DNA from: an uncultured Desulfarculus sp.
GTDB taxonomy: Bacteria; Desulfobacterota; Desulfarculia; Desulfarculales; Desulfarculaceae
Assembly: GCA_963665125.2 (NCBI GenBank)
Contig: CAXXUK010000001.1
Span: 128,001 to 192,000, forward strand
Direction of reading: 5' to 3'
DNA: 64,000 nt
Both the position numbers and the translations under genes were made by a program. Below the pieces are notes generated by a model, which was not told the origin of the DNA, did no database searches, and was given only the letters and a program-made list of their open reading frames with translations. Of the stretch, positions 50,140 to 59,587 are shown piece by piece (the stretch's first letter is position 1; each line of letters opens with the position of its first letter).

Positions 50140-50172
50140 AAAGGGTCAGGCGCTGTCGCCCAACCCTTTTTT
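50140..50172. terminator. bidirectional terminator between convergent genes
   Basis: AAAGGGTCAGGCG/CGCCCAACCCTTTTTT. Confidence 0.6.
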
Positions 50173-50199
50173 ATGGCATATACGATATGCGGTTAATCG

Positions 50200-52317
50200 C
50201 TATTTCCGCAGATTCGTCTCGTATCTCCCCCAGATGTCCAGAGCGATCTTCATGGGCTTCATCATTGGAACCGTGTAGGTTGTGATCCCCTTGGCGAAAA
50301 GCTCTTCCCGCCAGCGATTTACATAAGGCGAAAATCCACGGGGGCTTATAACCAGGGGCTTTTTTAACTCCCGGTTCAGTTCGGCCAGTTTTTCGTTTAA
50401 GTATTCTGATAAATAAGGTGGTTGAAGATAGATGGCGGTCAGGATGATGTCGGTGTTGGGGTCGTCATCAACTATCTTCAGTGCCGCCATGAGACGCTCA
50501 TCATCGCAGTTTCCGTATAGGTCCAGCGGATTCCTGCCGATTCCCGCCACGATCTGCTGGCGGTCTTCCTCGCGGGTCACCCGGAAATTGTCCTTCAGCA
50601 GCTCCTTCAACTTGCTCTTGGTCTCCGGGGCGAATTCGGCCAGCTCCATGCCCTGATCCGTGACCTGGTCAGCAAGCAATATGGCCGCGCCGCCGCCCAC
50701 GCTTACCACCGCCACCTGGTCGCCATTGGCTCTCGGCATGGTGGTGAGCATGGATAGCACGTTGACCAGGACCTTGGGGTCCTCGGTCAAGTCCTCTATG
50801 AGGTAGAATCCGGCCCGCCGGCAACAGGCCCGGAAGGCCTCGGCGCTGCCGGCCATGGAGGCGGTGTGAGATAGCGTGGCCTCGGCCCCGCCGCTCATGC
50901 CGCCCTTGATCACCACCACGGGCTTGGTTTTGGCAACCTCCATGCCGATCTGCATCAGCTCGAGCCCCTCGGACACGCCTTCCAGATAAATGCCGATAAT
51001 GGTTATGTTGGGATCACGGGCCATGCTGTACAGCAATTCAGGAACGCTCACGCTGCTGGCGTTGCCGCAGGAAACCCATTTGCCGATCTTGAGCCCCCCT
51101 GCCTTGAACATCTCCAAAAGCTCCAGCCCCACTCCGCCGCTCTGGGAGATAATGCCGATTCCACCCGCTTCGGCGGGGATGGCGGTGCGGTGCTCCGGTA
51201 TGAACATGGTGTTGATGCCCGAATGGTTGTCTATCACGCCCATGCAGTTGGGACCGACATAGGCCACCCGGTACTGTTCGCTCAAGGCCGCCAAGCGGCT
51301 TTCCAGGTCATTTCGGCCGGCCTCGGAAAAGCCGTCGGAGACAATGATTGCTCCCTTGCCGCCCTTTTTGCAGAACTCCTCGAACCCCGCCACGGTGGCT
51401 TCGGGGTTCACGGCAAACACCGCCACATCCGGAGCCTCGGGCAGGGATGCGAAGTCAGGGTAACATTTGTAGCCTTGCAGTGTTTTCTGCTTGGGATTGA
51501 GCGGAAAAATCTTGGAAATCCGCCGGCTGCAGTTTTTGAGGATTACGCCACCCATGGTTCCGGTGCGCGAAGCCCCCACCACGGCAACCGATCGGGGGTT
51601 GAAAAGGTGTTCCAGGCTCTCGGTCTTCCACTTGGCAACGCTGCCGGTATGCGGACGCGCCACGGGCTCTCCGGCGATTACCCTGGCGTCGACAATGGCG
51701 AAGCCTTTTTCATAAGCGATCACCGGGTTGAGATCGATTTCGTGGATCCGGGGGTTGTCCGCCATGAGCCGGGATATCTTTATCGTCAAATCTATCACCG
51801 CGTTGCAATCGAGCTTTTCGCCGCGATAGCCGTTCAAAATGCGTCCGGCTTTGGTACGCTCCAGCATTTTTTCCACGTTTTCCCGATCCAGAATGCCGAT
51901 GCCCGGAGCCACGTCCTTGAAGAGTTCCACATACTTGCCGCCCTGGCCCACCATGGTCAGAGGACCGAAAACCGGATCCTGCTTGGCGCCAATCAATACC
52001 TCGTAACCTGACTCCACCATCTTTTGAACCAGCCAGCCGTCGATTTTGTCGTGACCCGCCTTTTGCAGGTTGGCAGACATTTCGTCACGGGCGGCCAAGA
52101 GCTTGGCTTCGTCGGCGAGATCAAGGCGCACGGCGCCGAGGTCTGATTTGTGCACTATGCTCTCGGACTGCGCCTTCAACACCACGGGATAGCCGATCTC
52201 GGCCGCGGCTTTCCTCAGCTTGTCCTTGTCCTCCACCATACGTCCCAAAATGGTAATGCCATATGATTCCAATAGGGTTCTGCTTTGCTCGAAGTCAAGT
52301 TGCACCGGGTCGCTCAT
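50200..52317 (-). CDS. ADP-forming acyl-CoA synthetase (ATP-grasp domain N-terminal)
   Basis: GYPVVLK..VHKSD, DPVFGP, SVAVVGAS, GPNCMG, ISQSGG and SHTASMAG. Confidence 0.9.
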   Translation of the reverse strand: MSDPVQLDFEQSRTLLESYGITILGRMVEDKDKLRKAAAEIGYPVVLKAQSESIVHKSDLGAVRLDLADEAKLLAARDEMSANLQKAGHDKIDGWLVQKMVESGYEVLIGAKQDPVFGPLTMVGQGGKYVELFKDVAPGIGILDRENVEKMLERTKAGRILNGYRGEKLDCNAVIDLTIKISRLMADNPRIHEIDLNPVIAYEKGFAIVDARVIAGEPVARPHTGSVAKWKTESLEHLFNPRSVAVVGASRTGTMGGVILKNCSRRISKIFPLNPKQKTLQGYKCYPDFASLPEAPDVAVFAVNPEATVAGFEEFCKKGGKGAIIVSDGFSEAGRNDLESRLAALSEQYRVAYVGPNCMGVIDNHSGINTMFIPEHRTAIPAEAGGIGIISQSGGVGLELLEMFKAGGLKIGKWVSCGNASSVSVPELLYSMARDPNITIIGIYLEGVSEGLELMQIGMEVAKTKPVVVIKGGMSGGAEATLSHTASMAGSAEAFRACCRRAGFYLIEDLTEDPKVLVNVLSMLTTMPRANGDQVAVVSVGGGAAILLADQVTDQGMELAEFAPETKSKLKELLKDNFRVTREEDRQQIVAGIGRNPLDLYGNCDDERLMAALKIVDDDPNTDIILTAIYLQPPYLSEYLNEKLAELNRELKKPLVISPRGFSPYVNRWREELFAKGITTYTVPMMKPMKIALDIWGRYETNLRK

Positions 52318-52617
52318 GGTCCGTCTCCTATCCTGCGCAATCCTCAAACGTGTTTACAGGGCTCTATAATACAGGTGAAGCCGGTATATGTATTATTAAA
52401 TCACGGCCGCTCCAAGGCCATTTCGCTTCGGTCATTAAGCCAGAGCCTCATCCGACACACCGGCATAATGTTTATAGGTTATTCAGGGTGGGGACCAAGA
52501 TGTCAACGACTCGCTTAAGAAGAACCGAAGCGGATGACATGTTTCATTACGATTGCCTTGGTTGATTTCCGCCTTTGTTTGAAATCTTGTAATTGCGTCG
52601 CGAGCAAGCCCGCTTCA

Positions 52618-52676
52618 TGCTCCGTATGTTGCGGCCTATGCGCAATATATTGCGCATCATAATTTGCGCAATATTT
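52618..52676. promoter_or_regulatory. putative enhancer (UAS) for the sigma54 activator
   Basis: Perfect palindrome ATGCGCAATATATTGCGCAT (52638-52657) plus degenerate copies; same motif at 62989-63027. Confidence 0.7.
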
Positions 52677-52726
52677 CATGCCGCCGTAACAACCTTAATT
52701 TATTCCTAAAAATCCGTATGGATGCT

Positions 52727-52742
52727 CGGCATGCTTTTTGCC
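52727..52742 (+). promoter_or_regulatory. sigma54 -24/-12 promoter
   Basis: CGGCATGCTTTTTGCC with GG-N10-GC spacing. Confidence 0.7.
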
Positions 52743-52815
52743 ATTAGGACAAGTGTGTTTAGACGCCAGTGAGATCGTTATCTCAAACGTTGGCTAATTG
52801 ACGGAGGATTTTGGG

Positions 52816-53904
52816 ATGCAAACCAGGCTTACAAGACTGCTGGATATCGAACAGCCGATTATACAAGCCTCCATGGCTTGGATTTCAGACGCCAGCCTCG
52901 CCGGAGCGGTTTCCGCGGCTGGCGGGTTGGGGCTATTAGGGCCCAACGCCGGAGCCCGGACAATCACCAAAGACGTTGATGAGGTGGGCGAAAGGCTTAG
53001 GGGCCAGATCCGGAAGGTACGCGAAATTACCAGCAATCCCTTCGCGGTTAATTTCGTGGTCGGAACTCCGGGTTGGGATCGTGACTACTCCGATATATCC
53101 GTGAAGGTGGGCATCGAAGAAAAGGTCCCCGTGGCTGTTGTCTCCCAGGGCAGCCCGGCCGTATACACCGGCAAACTCAAAGAGGCCGGCATGAAGGTCC
53201 TGCATGTTTGTTCATCGGTGCGGCACGCCCAAAAGGCCCAGGAACACGGTGCGGATGCCGTGATCGTATCCGGGACAGAGGGCGGAGGACACAGCGGTTT
53301 CCACCAGATATCGACACTTTGCCTGGTGCCGCAGGCAGTGGACGCCCTTGAGATTCCCGTGGTGGCGGGCGGCGGTATCGGCGATGGCCGGGGCCTGATC
53401 GCCGCTTTGGCCCTGGGGGCCGAGGGCGTTTATATGGGAACCAGGTTTATAGCCACAAAGGAATGCCCCGCCCACGAAAACGTCAAGCAGGTTCTTTTGC
53501 AAAGCGGCGACACCAGCACCATCGCGGTGCGGCATGGTTCGCCGGTTGTGGCAAACAAGGAAGGCGGCTCAAAGGGCGGCTTTGTTGAGGAACGGCGGGG
53601 ATCGTTGCGCCTGGTGCTGAACGAGTTTATAGCCAAAGCGCTGGCCGCCAAGGGCGGTGAGTTGTCGTTTGAGGACATCTTCGCGCTGATGCAAAACTCT
53701 GATTCCAACTCAACCAGCAACCGGACGGTGGACTGCTTCCTCGGCGGAAAGGTTCAGGAAAACCCGGTCAGCGCAGGCCAGGTCACGGGCCTGATCAAGG
53801 ATGTGCCCACCTGCGCGGAATTGATCCGGCGAATCGTCGATGGAGAGGAACAAGTACTGTCCAGGTTCCAGCGGATTTTCAGCACAAATGGGAGGGGGCA
53901 ATGA
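52816..53904 (+). CDS. nitronate monooxygenase/FabK-like FMN oxidoreductase
   Basis: PIIQASM, GTEGGGH, PVVAGGGIGDG and MGTRF. Confidence 0.88.
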   Translation: MQTRLTRLLDIEQPIIQASMAWISDASLAGAVSAAGGLGLLGPNAGARTITKDVDEVGERLRGQIRKVREITSNPFAVNFVVGTPGWDRDYSDISVKVGIEEKVPVAVVSQGSPAVYTGKLKEAGMKVLHVCSSVRHAQKAQEHGADAVIVSGTEGGGHSGFHQISTLCLVPQAVDALEIPVVAGGGIGDGRGLIAALALGAEGVYMGTRFIATKECPAHENVKQVLLQSGDTSTIAVRHGSPVVANKEGGSKGGFVEERRGSLRLVLNEFIAKALAAKGGELSFEDIFALMQNSDSNSTSNRTVDCFLGGKVQENPVSAGQVTGLIKDVPTCAELIRRIVDGEEQVLSRFQRIFSTNGRGQ

Positions 53905-55316
53905 GCGAGCAGGCATCGTCACTTGCCGGTTCCCTGGCTGCAATAGTTGGCGACAACTATGTAAGCGAAGAGGATTTCGTGCGCCACAGCTACACGCGCA
54001 CACCTTCCTGGATCACCGGGACGCCTCCGGCCGTGGTGGTCAGACCGGCAAATCCGCAGGAAATATCCGAGATAGTAAAGCTGGCCAACAAGGAAAAAGT
54101 TCCGGTAATCCCCCGCGGCGGAGGCGCCAGCGTGGCCGGATTCCCGCTCAGTGAAAGGGCCGAACAGAGCATCCTTGTTGATATAACCAGGCTCAACAAG
54201 CTTTTGTATATCGATGAGCAAAATCTCACTGTTGGCGCGGAATGCGGAATAATCCTCAGCGAGTTGTCCACTCAGTTGGCCAACAAGGGCTATCACATGC
54301 ATACGGTGGACATGCCGCAATACATCGATACCCTGGGAGGCGCCCTCAGCGGTTTCAACGGCGGCGGCGAACCTTCGGATTTGGCGACCGTTGGTGAGAT
54401 GGGCCAGTTTTTGTTGGGCATGGAAGTGGTTTTGCCAAACGGCGAAATCGTGACCACCGGAGCCGGACCGGGCACCAATATTCATGCCACGCGCATGGTT
54501 GACCGCTATCCCGGTTCGCCATTCATGAGCGGCATTTTCATTGCCGACGGCGGCATCTTCGGCATCAAGACAAAAGCGCATTTCTATATAACACCGAAAC
54601 CCACCAACATGGTTTACGGCGGTTATCACTGCGATGATCTAGATCAAGTCCACGATATTCTCGTCAAGCTGATGCGCACGGTTCCATATCCCTACACACG
54701 GGTGGTGTCCCTGACGGCACAGGGGCAGGATAAATGGTCGCTGTTCTACGGCATTCGCGGTTGTGAAGAGGAAATATCCTTCAAGGAAAAGATCTTCAAA
54801 CAGATCTGCGAGGATGGCGGCGCGGTGCCCGCTCCGGCGGATATCGCCCTGGAAACCCTGATGCGTTTTTCCGGCCGCCAGCTGGGCAAGTGGTATGCCT
54901 CCCGGGGCAGATTTCTTTACTTTGAATATGTCTTCGGGCGGTCAGAGGGCAAGGATTACCTCAAGAACCAGGGTGAGTCGGTGCGTGAACAATTCAGTAA
55001 GCTTGGCTTGCTCGACTGTATTACCGATCAGATCACCTATCTAATCCCAAAGGAACGTCACAGCTTTATTCTGGGCCAAGTCTACTTCCTCAACGAAAAC
55101 ATGCTTACGGCTAAAGACATGGTAAATGTCCGTAATTTATCAGATTCTGAGGCCAAGAACGTGCTAAGGCAAGGCGGCTTCATGGAGGGCAATCAGGGCT
55201 CGCTGGCCATGATTAGCGGTGAAGCGTGGTCAGAGCCATACCGGGAATTCATGAAAACCATCAAGACCGCTCTCGACCCCAACAACATAATGAATCCGGG
55301 GCTTTGGAGGCTGTAA
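53901..55316 (+). CDS. FAD-binding oxidoreductase (VAO/PCMH-GlcD superfamily)
   Basis: VIPRGGG, GMEVVLPNGEI and LDPNNIMNPG. Confidence 0.88.
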   Translation: MSEQASSLAGSLAAIVGDNYVSEEDFVRHSYTRTPSWITGTPPAVVVRPANPQEISEIVKLANKEKVPVIPRGGGASVAGFPLSERAEQSILVDITRLNKLLYIDEQNLTVGAECGIILSELSTQLANKGYHMHTVDMPQYIDTLGGALSGFNGGGEPSDLATVGEMGQFLLGMEVVLPNGEIVTTGAGPGTNIHATRMVDRYPGSPFMSGIFIADGGIFGIKTKAHFYITPKPTNMVYGGYHCDDLDQVHDILVKLMRTVPYPYTRVVSLTAQGQDKWSLFYGIRGCEEEISFKEKIFKQICEDGGAVPAPADIALETLMRFSGRQLGKWYASRGRFLYFEYVFGRSEGKDYLKNQGESVREQFSKLGLLDCITDQITYLIPKERHSFILGQVYFLNENMLTAKDMVNVRNLSDSEAKNVLRQGGFMEGNQGSLAMISGEAWSEPYREFMKTIKTALDPNNIMNPGLWRL

Positions 55317-55318
55317 TA

Positions 55319-56515
55319 ATGGATGCTCACCATCTCGCGAAAATAAAGGAAAGCGTCTATAGCTGCACCGGATTTGGCATCTGTAAGGGCGCTTATAAGG
55401 AGACGGTTTCAGGGTGCCCCATGAACTTGGGCAGCGAGGGCGGATTTGAAGCCCAAACGCCGCGGGGCATCATAACCATGGCCAGGGAAATCCTGGAAGG
55501 CCGGCTCGAGTACACCGAAGGCCTGGCTGAAACGGTATTCCGCTGCACCATGTGCGGCAATTGCCGTGATCTGTGCGGGGCCACGGACCTGAAAACCAAC
55601 AAGCCCCTTTTTGATCCGGGCCTGGTGGCCCTGGCCATGCGCACCGATCTGGTGGAACTGGGCATGGTGCCGCCCCCGGTGAGGGACTACTTCAAGGGCA
55701 TGCAGGTGCACGGGAACCCGTATATGCAACCCGCGGAGGAACGCGGCGCATGGGCTGATTCATGCGATGCGCCCAGATATGACGGCCAGGAATATCTGTT
55801 GTATGTCGGCGATGTGGGATCGTTTGACCAGCATGGCCGGGCCATTGCCAAATCGCTTAGCACGGTGCTCAACGCCGCTGGGGTTTCCTACGGTGTGTTG
55901 GCCGAAAAGGAAACCGCCGTTGGAAACGATGTCAACAAATTGGGCGAAATCTGGCTGTTCGAGATGCTGGCCCAAGCGGTTATTGAAAAATATAACGAAT
56001 TGAAACCGCAAAAAATATTGTCGTTCAGTCCGCATGCATACAACGCATTTAAGAACGACTACCCCCAATTCGGGGCGAAATTCGATGTTGTTCATTCCAG
56101 CGTGCTCCTCGCCGATTTGATCAAATCCGGCAAGTTGACTCCTAAACGGGAAACAAAGCTCAAGGTCGCCTTTCATGACCCCTGCCTGCTGGGCCGCCAG
56201 AACGGCGTGTACGATGCGCCCCGTGAGATCTTGGGGGCAATACCCGGCATGGAGTTGGTGGAGATGCCCCGCAATAGAGGCAATGCCCTGTGTTGCGGCG
56301 GCGGCGGCGGCAACTTCTATACCGATATGTTGGGGCGTGATGAATCCAGCCCGGCAAGACAACGCATCCGCGAGGCCGCCGGGACGGGAGCGAGCGTGTT
56401 GGCCGTTGCCTGTCCGAACTGTGCGCGCATGCTCGAAGACGCAGCCAAAATGGAACAACTGGAAGAGCGAATCGAGGTCAGGGAAATCACGGAGTTGCTG
56501 GAAAGGGCAATCTGA
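55319..56515 (+). CDS. Fe-S/CCG-domain protein (GlcF/HdrD-like)
   Basis: CTMCGNC..C, FHDPCLLGR, CCGGGGG and ACPNC. Confidence 0.88.
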   Translation: MDAHHLAKIKESVYSCTGFGICKGAYKETVSGCPMNLGSEGGFEAQTPRGIITMAREILEGRLEYTEGLAETVFRCTMCGNCRDLCGATDLKTNKPLFDPGLVALAMRTDLVELGMVPPPVRDYFKGMQVHGNPYMQPAEERGAWADSCDAPRYDGQEYLLYVGDVGSFDQHGRAIAKSLSTVLNAAGVSYGVLAEKETAVGNDVNKLGEIWLFEMLAQAVIEKYNELKPQKILSFSPHAYNAFKNDYPQFGAKFDVVHSSVLLADLIKSGKLTPKRETKLKVAFHDPCLLGRQNGVYDAPREILGAIPGMELVEMPRNRGNALCCGGGGGNFYTDMLGRDESSPARQRIREAAGTGASVLAVACPNCARMLEDAAKMEQLEERIEVREITELLERAI

Positions 56516-56570
56516 ACCGGAGTCCGGGATTGGTGCGAACGGCAGCTAAACGGTGAATATGGGAGAGAGC

Positions 56571-58040
56571 ATGTCATACAGTCAATCGGTGTATTCCAAA
56601 CTGGTGCAGATCGTGGGATCTGAAAATGTGTCGGCGGATAGTACGGACTTGGCGCCATATGCCAAGGACTCATACACACTCCTTATGAAACGGCAATTGC
56701 CTTTGCCTGATTGCGTGGCCATGCCCCAGACTACCGACCAAGTTCAGCAGGTTGTTCAAGTGGCCAATGATCACAAAATACCCCTATATCCCAGGAGCTT
56801 CGGGGTCAACATCGCCGGTACGGCGTTGCCGTACCAGGGCGGCATTGTTCTGGATTTAAAGCGAATGAATAAAATCCATGAAATAAATCCCGAGACCATG
56901 ACCGCCACAATCGAGCCCGGCGTCAATTGGGGCAAACTGCGCAAGGAGGCGCAAAAAAAGGGTTTGGACATAATTCCAATCGGAGGACCGTATCAAACCG
57001 GACCGGTGGGCAATTTTCTGCTGACCAATATAACGCCGTATTCCACCAAGTATAGCGCCGACCGGGCGGTTACGCTGGAGGCGGTTCTGCCCAACGGAGA
57101 GATCATCCGGACCGGCTCCCAGGCCACGTTGATGGGGGCGGAATTGAATCCGTATTTCAGGTATGCATACGGCCCCGATATAACGGGCCTGTTCCGGGGC
57201 AGCCTTGGGAATTACGGCGTCATTACCAAACTTGTGCTGAGACTCAGGCCCATGGCCGAGGTTGAGCAGGTCTTTTACTTTGGTTTCGATTCCCTGGCGG
57301 ATGGCCTTAAAGCAGTGCGTGATATAGAGCGCTTGGAGATAACCCGGTATTGCTCTCTGGCCAACCGGCAACTAATGGCCCAAATAGCGATTGAACCCAA
57401 AAAACATGGTGATAATGCCCTGCGACAAAGGATCGATGAGGTGTTTTCGCCCTATGTGATCACGGTGGGGCTCGGCGGAATACCGAAACAAATTCGGTTG
57501 TATGAAGAAATGACTCAGGAAACGGCGGAGAGTTGCAACGGGCGTAGGCTGGAACTGTCCGAAGAATTGAAAAAGACATGCGACGAGTTTGCCGAGGGTT
57601 GCAGCCAGAAGGTGCTTAGGATGTACGCGCCCCTGAGCGGTTATGCGGCGATCATCGGCTGCGTGCCCATGAACCGCGTCCATGCCGTGCACGAATGCGT
57701 CAACAGCCTCGCCGCCAAACACGGCCTCCGGGATGCGATCACCGGTGAGCCTCTTGTTCCCGAGTTGATAGTCCTTCCGTATGACCGCGGCTCGACAGTG
57801 TATGTGGAACAAGAGCTTCTCTATGACCCGTTGGATACGGAGGCCGTTGAAAAGGTTAATGCCTGTCTGCGCGAAAGCTACAAGGAGATTGTCACCAAAC
57901 AAGGCGCCGTGCACACGATTCCCAACCAGACCCTCATGAAGATGATGCTTCCCAGCTATGTAGGATTGCTCAAGGGCCTCAAGGCCTTGGTTGATCCCAA
58001 TGATATCTTCATGCCCGGTGGGCCGTATTCGCTTTCCTGA
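56571..58040 (+). CDS. FAD-binding oxidoreductase (second paralog)
   Basis: LDLKRMNKI, LEAVLPNGEI, GSLGNYGVITK and DPNDIFMPG. Confidence 0.88.
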   Translation: MSYSQSVYSKLVQIVGSENVSADSTDLAPYAKDSYTLLMKRQLPLPDCVAMPQTTDQVQQVVQVANDHKIPLYPRSFGVNIAGTALPYQGGIVLDLKRMNKIHEINPETMTATIEPGVNWGKLRKEAQKKGLDIIPIGGPYQTGPVGNFLLTNITPYSTKYSADRAVTLEAVLPNGEIIRTGSQATLMGAELNPYFRYAYGPDITGLFRGSLGNYGVITKLVLRLRPMAEVEQVFYFGFDSLADGLKAVRDIERLEITRYCSLANRQLMAQIAIEPKKHGDNALRQRIDEVFSPYVITVGLGGIPKQIRLYEEMTQETAESCNGRRLELSEELKKTCDEFAEGCSQKVLRMYAPLSGYAAIIGCVPMNRVHAVHECVNSLAAKHGLRDAITGEPLVPELIVLPYDRGSTVYVEQELLYDPLDTEAVEKVNACLRESYKEIVTKQGAVHTIPNQTLMKMMLPSYVGLLKGLKALVDPNDIFMPGGPYSLS

Positions 58041-58070
58041 AATGCTCATCATTTTTATTGAGAGTTATAT

Positions 58071-59321
58071 ATGCCGCAAAGATACCGAGAAGAAATTTAC
58101 CATTGTCTGAAATGTGGTGCGTGCCGAACCGGTTATCCGGTTTATGAGCCGATTTGCCCGTCCGGAGTGCGGTTTGGCTTTGATTCGCATTATGCCATAG
58201 GCCGGTTGGAAATCGCCCGCAACCTGCTGGAAGGCGGACTGGAAATGACCAGCAGCCTCATGGAGAGGATATATACCTGCTCCAGTTGTGGCGCATGCGA
58301 TGTCCAATGCGATCCGGCTGTTGGCGTCGGGCCCTTGAAGGTAATCGAGGAGATTAAGTATTTGGCGGTGGAAAATGGGGCGGTGCCGCCGCGGGTGCGT
58401 GATTTCCTTAAAGGGATGATGGTCCGGGGCAATCCATTCATGCAGCCGGCGGAACAGCGGGGCGACTGGGCCAAAGGGCTCGGGCTGGATCAATACAACG
58501 GCCACGAATATCTGCTCTACATCGGCTGTGTTGGTTCGTATGACGAGGTTGGCCAGCGCATCGCGCGCTCGGTGGCCAATATCATGAACAGCGCCGGCGT
58601 GAGCTTCGGCATCCTGGGCGCCCTTGAACAATGTGACGGCAATGAAGTCAATCGAGTGGGAGAGCGGGGCCTGTTCGAAATGATGGCCCAGGCCAATATC
58701 AAGCAGTTCGAGGAATTGGGGGTCAAAAAAATCATCGCCATTTCACCTCACGCATACAATGCGTTTAACAACGATTATGTCAGTCTGGGGCGTAAGTTCG
58801 AGGTGATGCATGCATCTCAGATCATGGATGAGTTGATGTCTGGGGCCCGTCTGGGCCTCAATGCCGGAGTGCCCGTGTCCTGGGAGCTGGCTTGGACGGC
58901 AAACGTGGCAGGCAAGATGGCCCACGAAGATAGGCTAAGGAACCCCGGTGAAAAAACCGTGAAAGTAACGTTCCACGATCCATGCTTCTTGGGCCGCCAC
59001 AACGGCGAATATGAAGCGCCGCGTAGGGTGCTTATGTCATTGCCCGACGTAACGCTGGTGGAAATGGAGCGCAACCGGGAAAACGCATTTTGCTGCGGGG
59101 GAGGGGGAGGCAACTTTTTCACCGATATGCTCGGCGGCAGTCCGCTGAGTCCTTCCCGCGTTAGAGTGCGTGAAGCACATGATATCGGGGCCGAAGTGAT
59201 AGCCGTAGCCTGCCCCAATTGCGCGCGAATGCTCAATGACGCCCTTAAAGCCGAAGGGCTCGAAGATGAAATGATCGTCAAGGATGTCAGCGAGTTGGTC
59301 GAGGAAATGGTCCTGGTATAA
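58071..59321 (+). CDS. Fe-S/CCG-domain protein (second paralog)
   Basis: CLKCGAC, CSSCGACDVQC, FHDPCFLGR and CCGGGGG. Confidence 0.88.
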   Translation: MPQRYREEIYHCLKCGACRTGYPVYEPICPSGVRFGFDSHYAIGRLEIARNLLEGGLEMTSSLMERIYTCSSCGACDVQCDPAVGVGPLKVIEEIKYLAVENGAVPPRVRDFLKGMMVRGNPFMQPAEQRGDWAKGLGLDQYNGHEYLLYIGCVGSYDEVGQRIARSVANIMNSAGVSFGILGALEQCDGNEVNRVGERGLFEMMAQANIKQFEELGVKKIIAISPHAYNAFNNDYVSLGRKFEVMHASQIMDELMSGARLGLNAGVPVSWELAWTANVAGKMAHEDRLRNPGEKTVKVTFHDPCFLGRHNGEYEAPRRVLMSLPDVTLVEMERNRENAFCCGGGGGNFFTDMLGGSPLSPSRVRVREAHDIGAEVIAVACPNCARMLNDALKAEGLEDEMIVKDVSELVEEMVLV

Positions 59322-59484
59322 GTGCCTGGCAGGTGCAATCAACCGAAACAGCGCTACTGTAAAAGGGATATTGGTGTCGTTTGGTTTGCTGCAAAAAATA
59401 TAAACAAAATGCCATCTGGATAGGGCCTGGTGCGGCTCAACATATGGCGGGACCGCCTCGATAAATAGTGCATGAATTGGCATT

Positions 59485-59514
59485 GGACGGCGATGACGAC
59501 GGTTGTCGCCGTCC
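59485..59514. terminator. hairpin between convergent genes
   Basis: GGACGGCGA/TCGCCGTCC stem. Confidence 0.5.
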
Positions 59515-59587
59515 TCAATTTGGCGGGAGCGCCTGGCTGCTTTTATAGGCCGGTTCGTGCTTTCTGATGTGCCCTGACGGATCCGTC

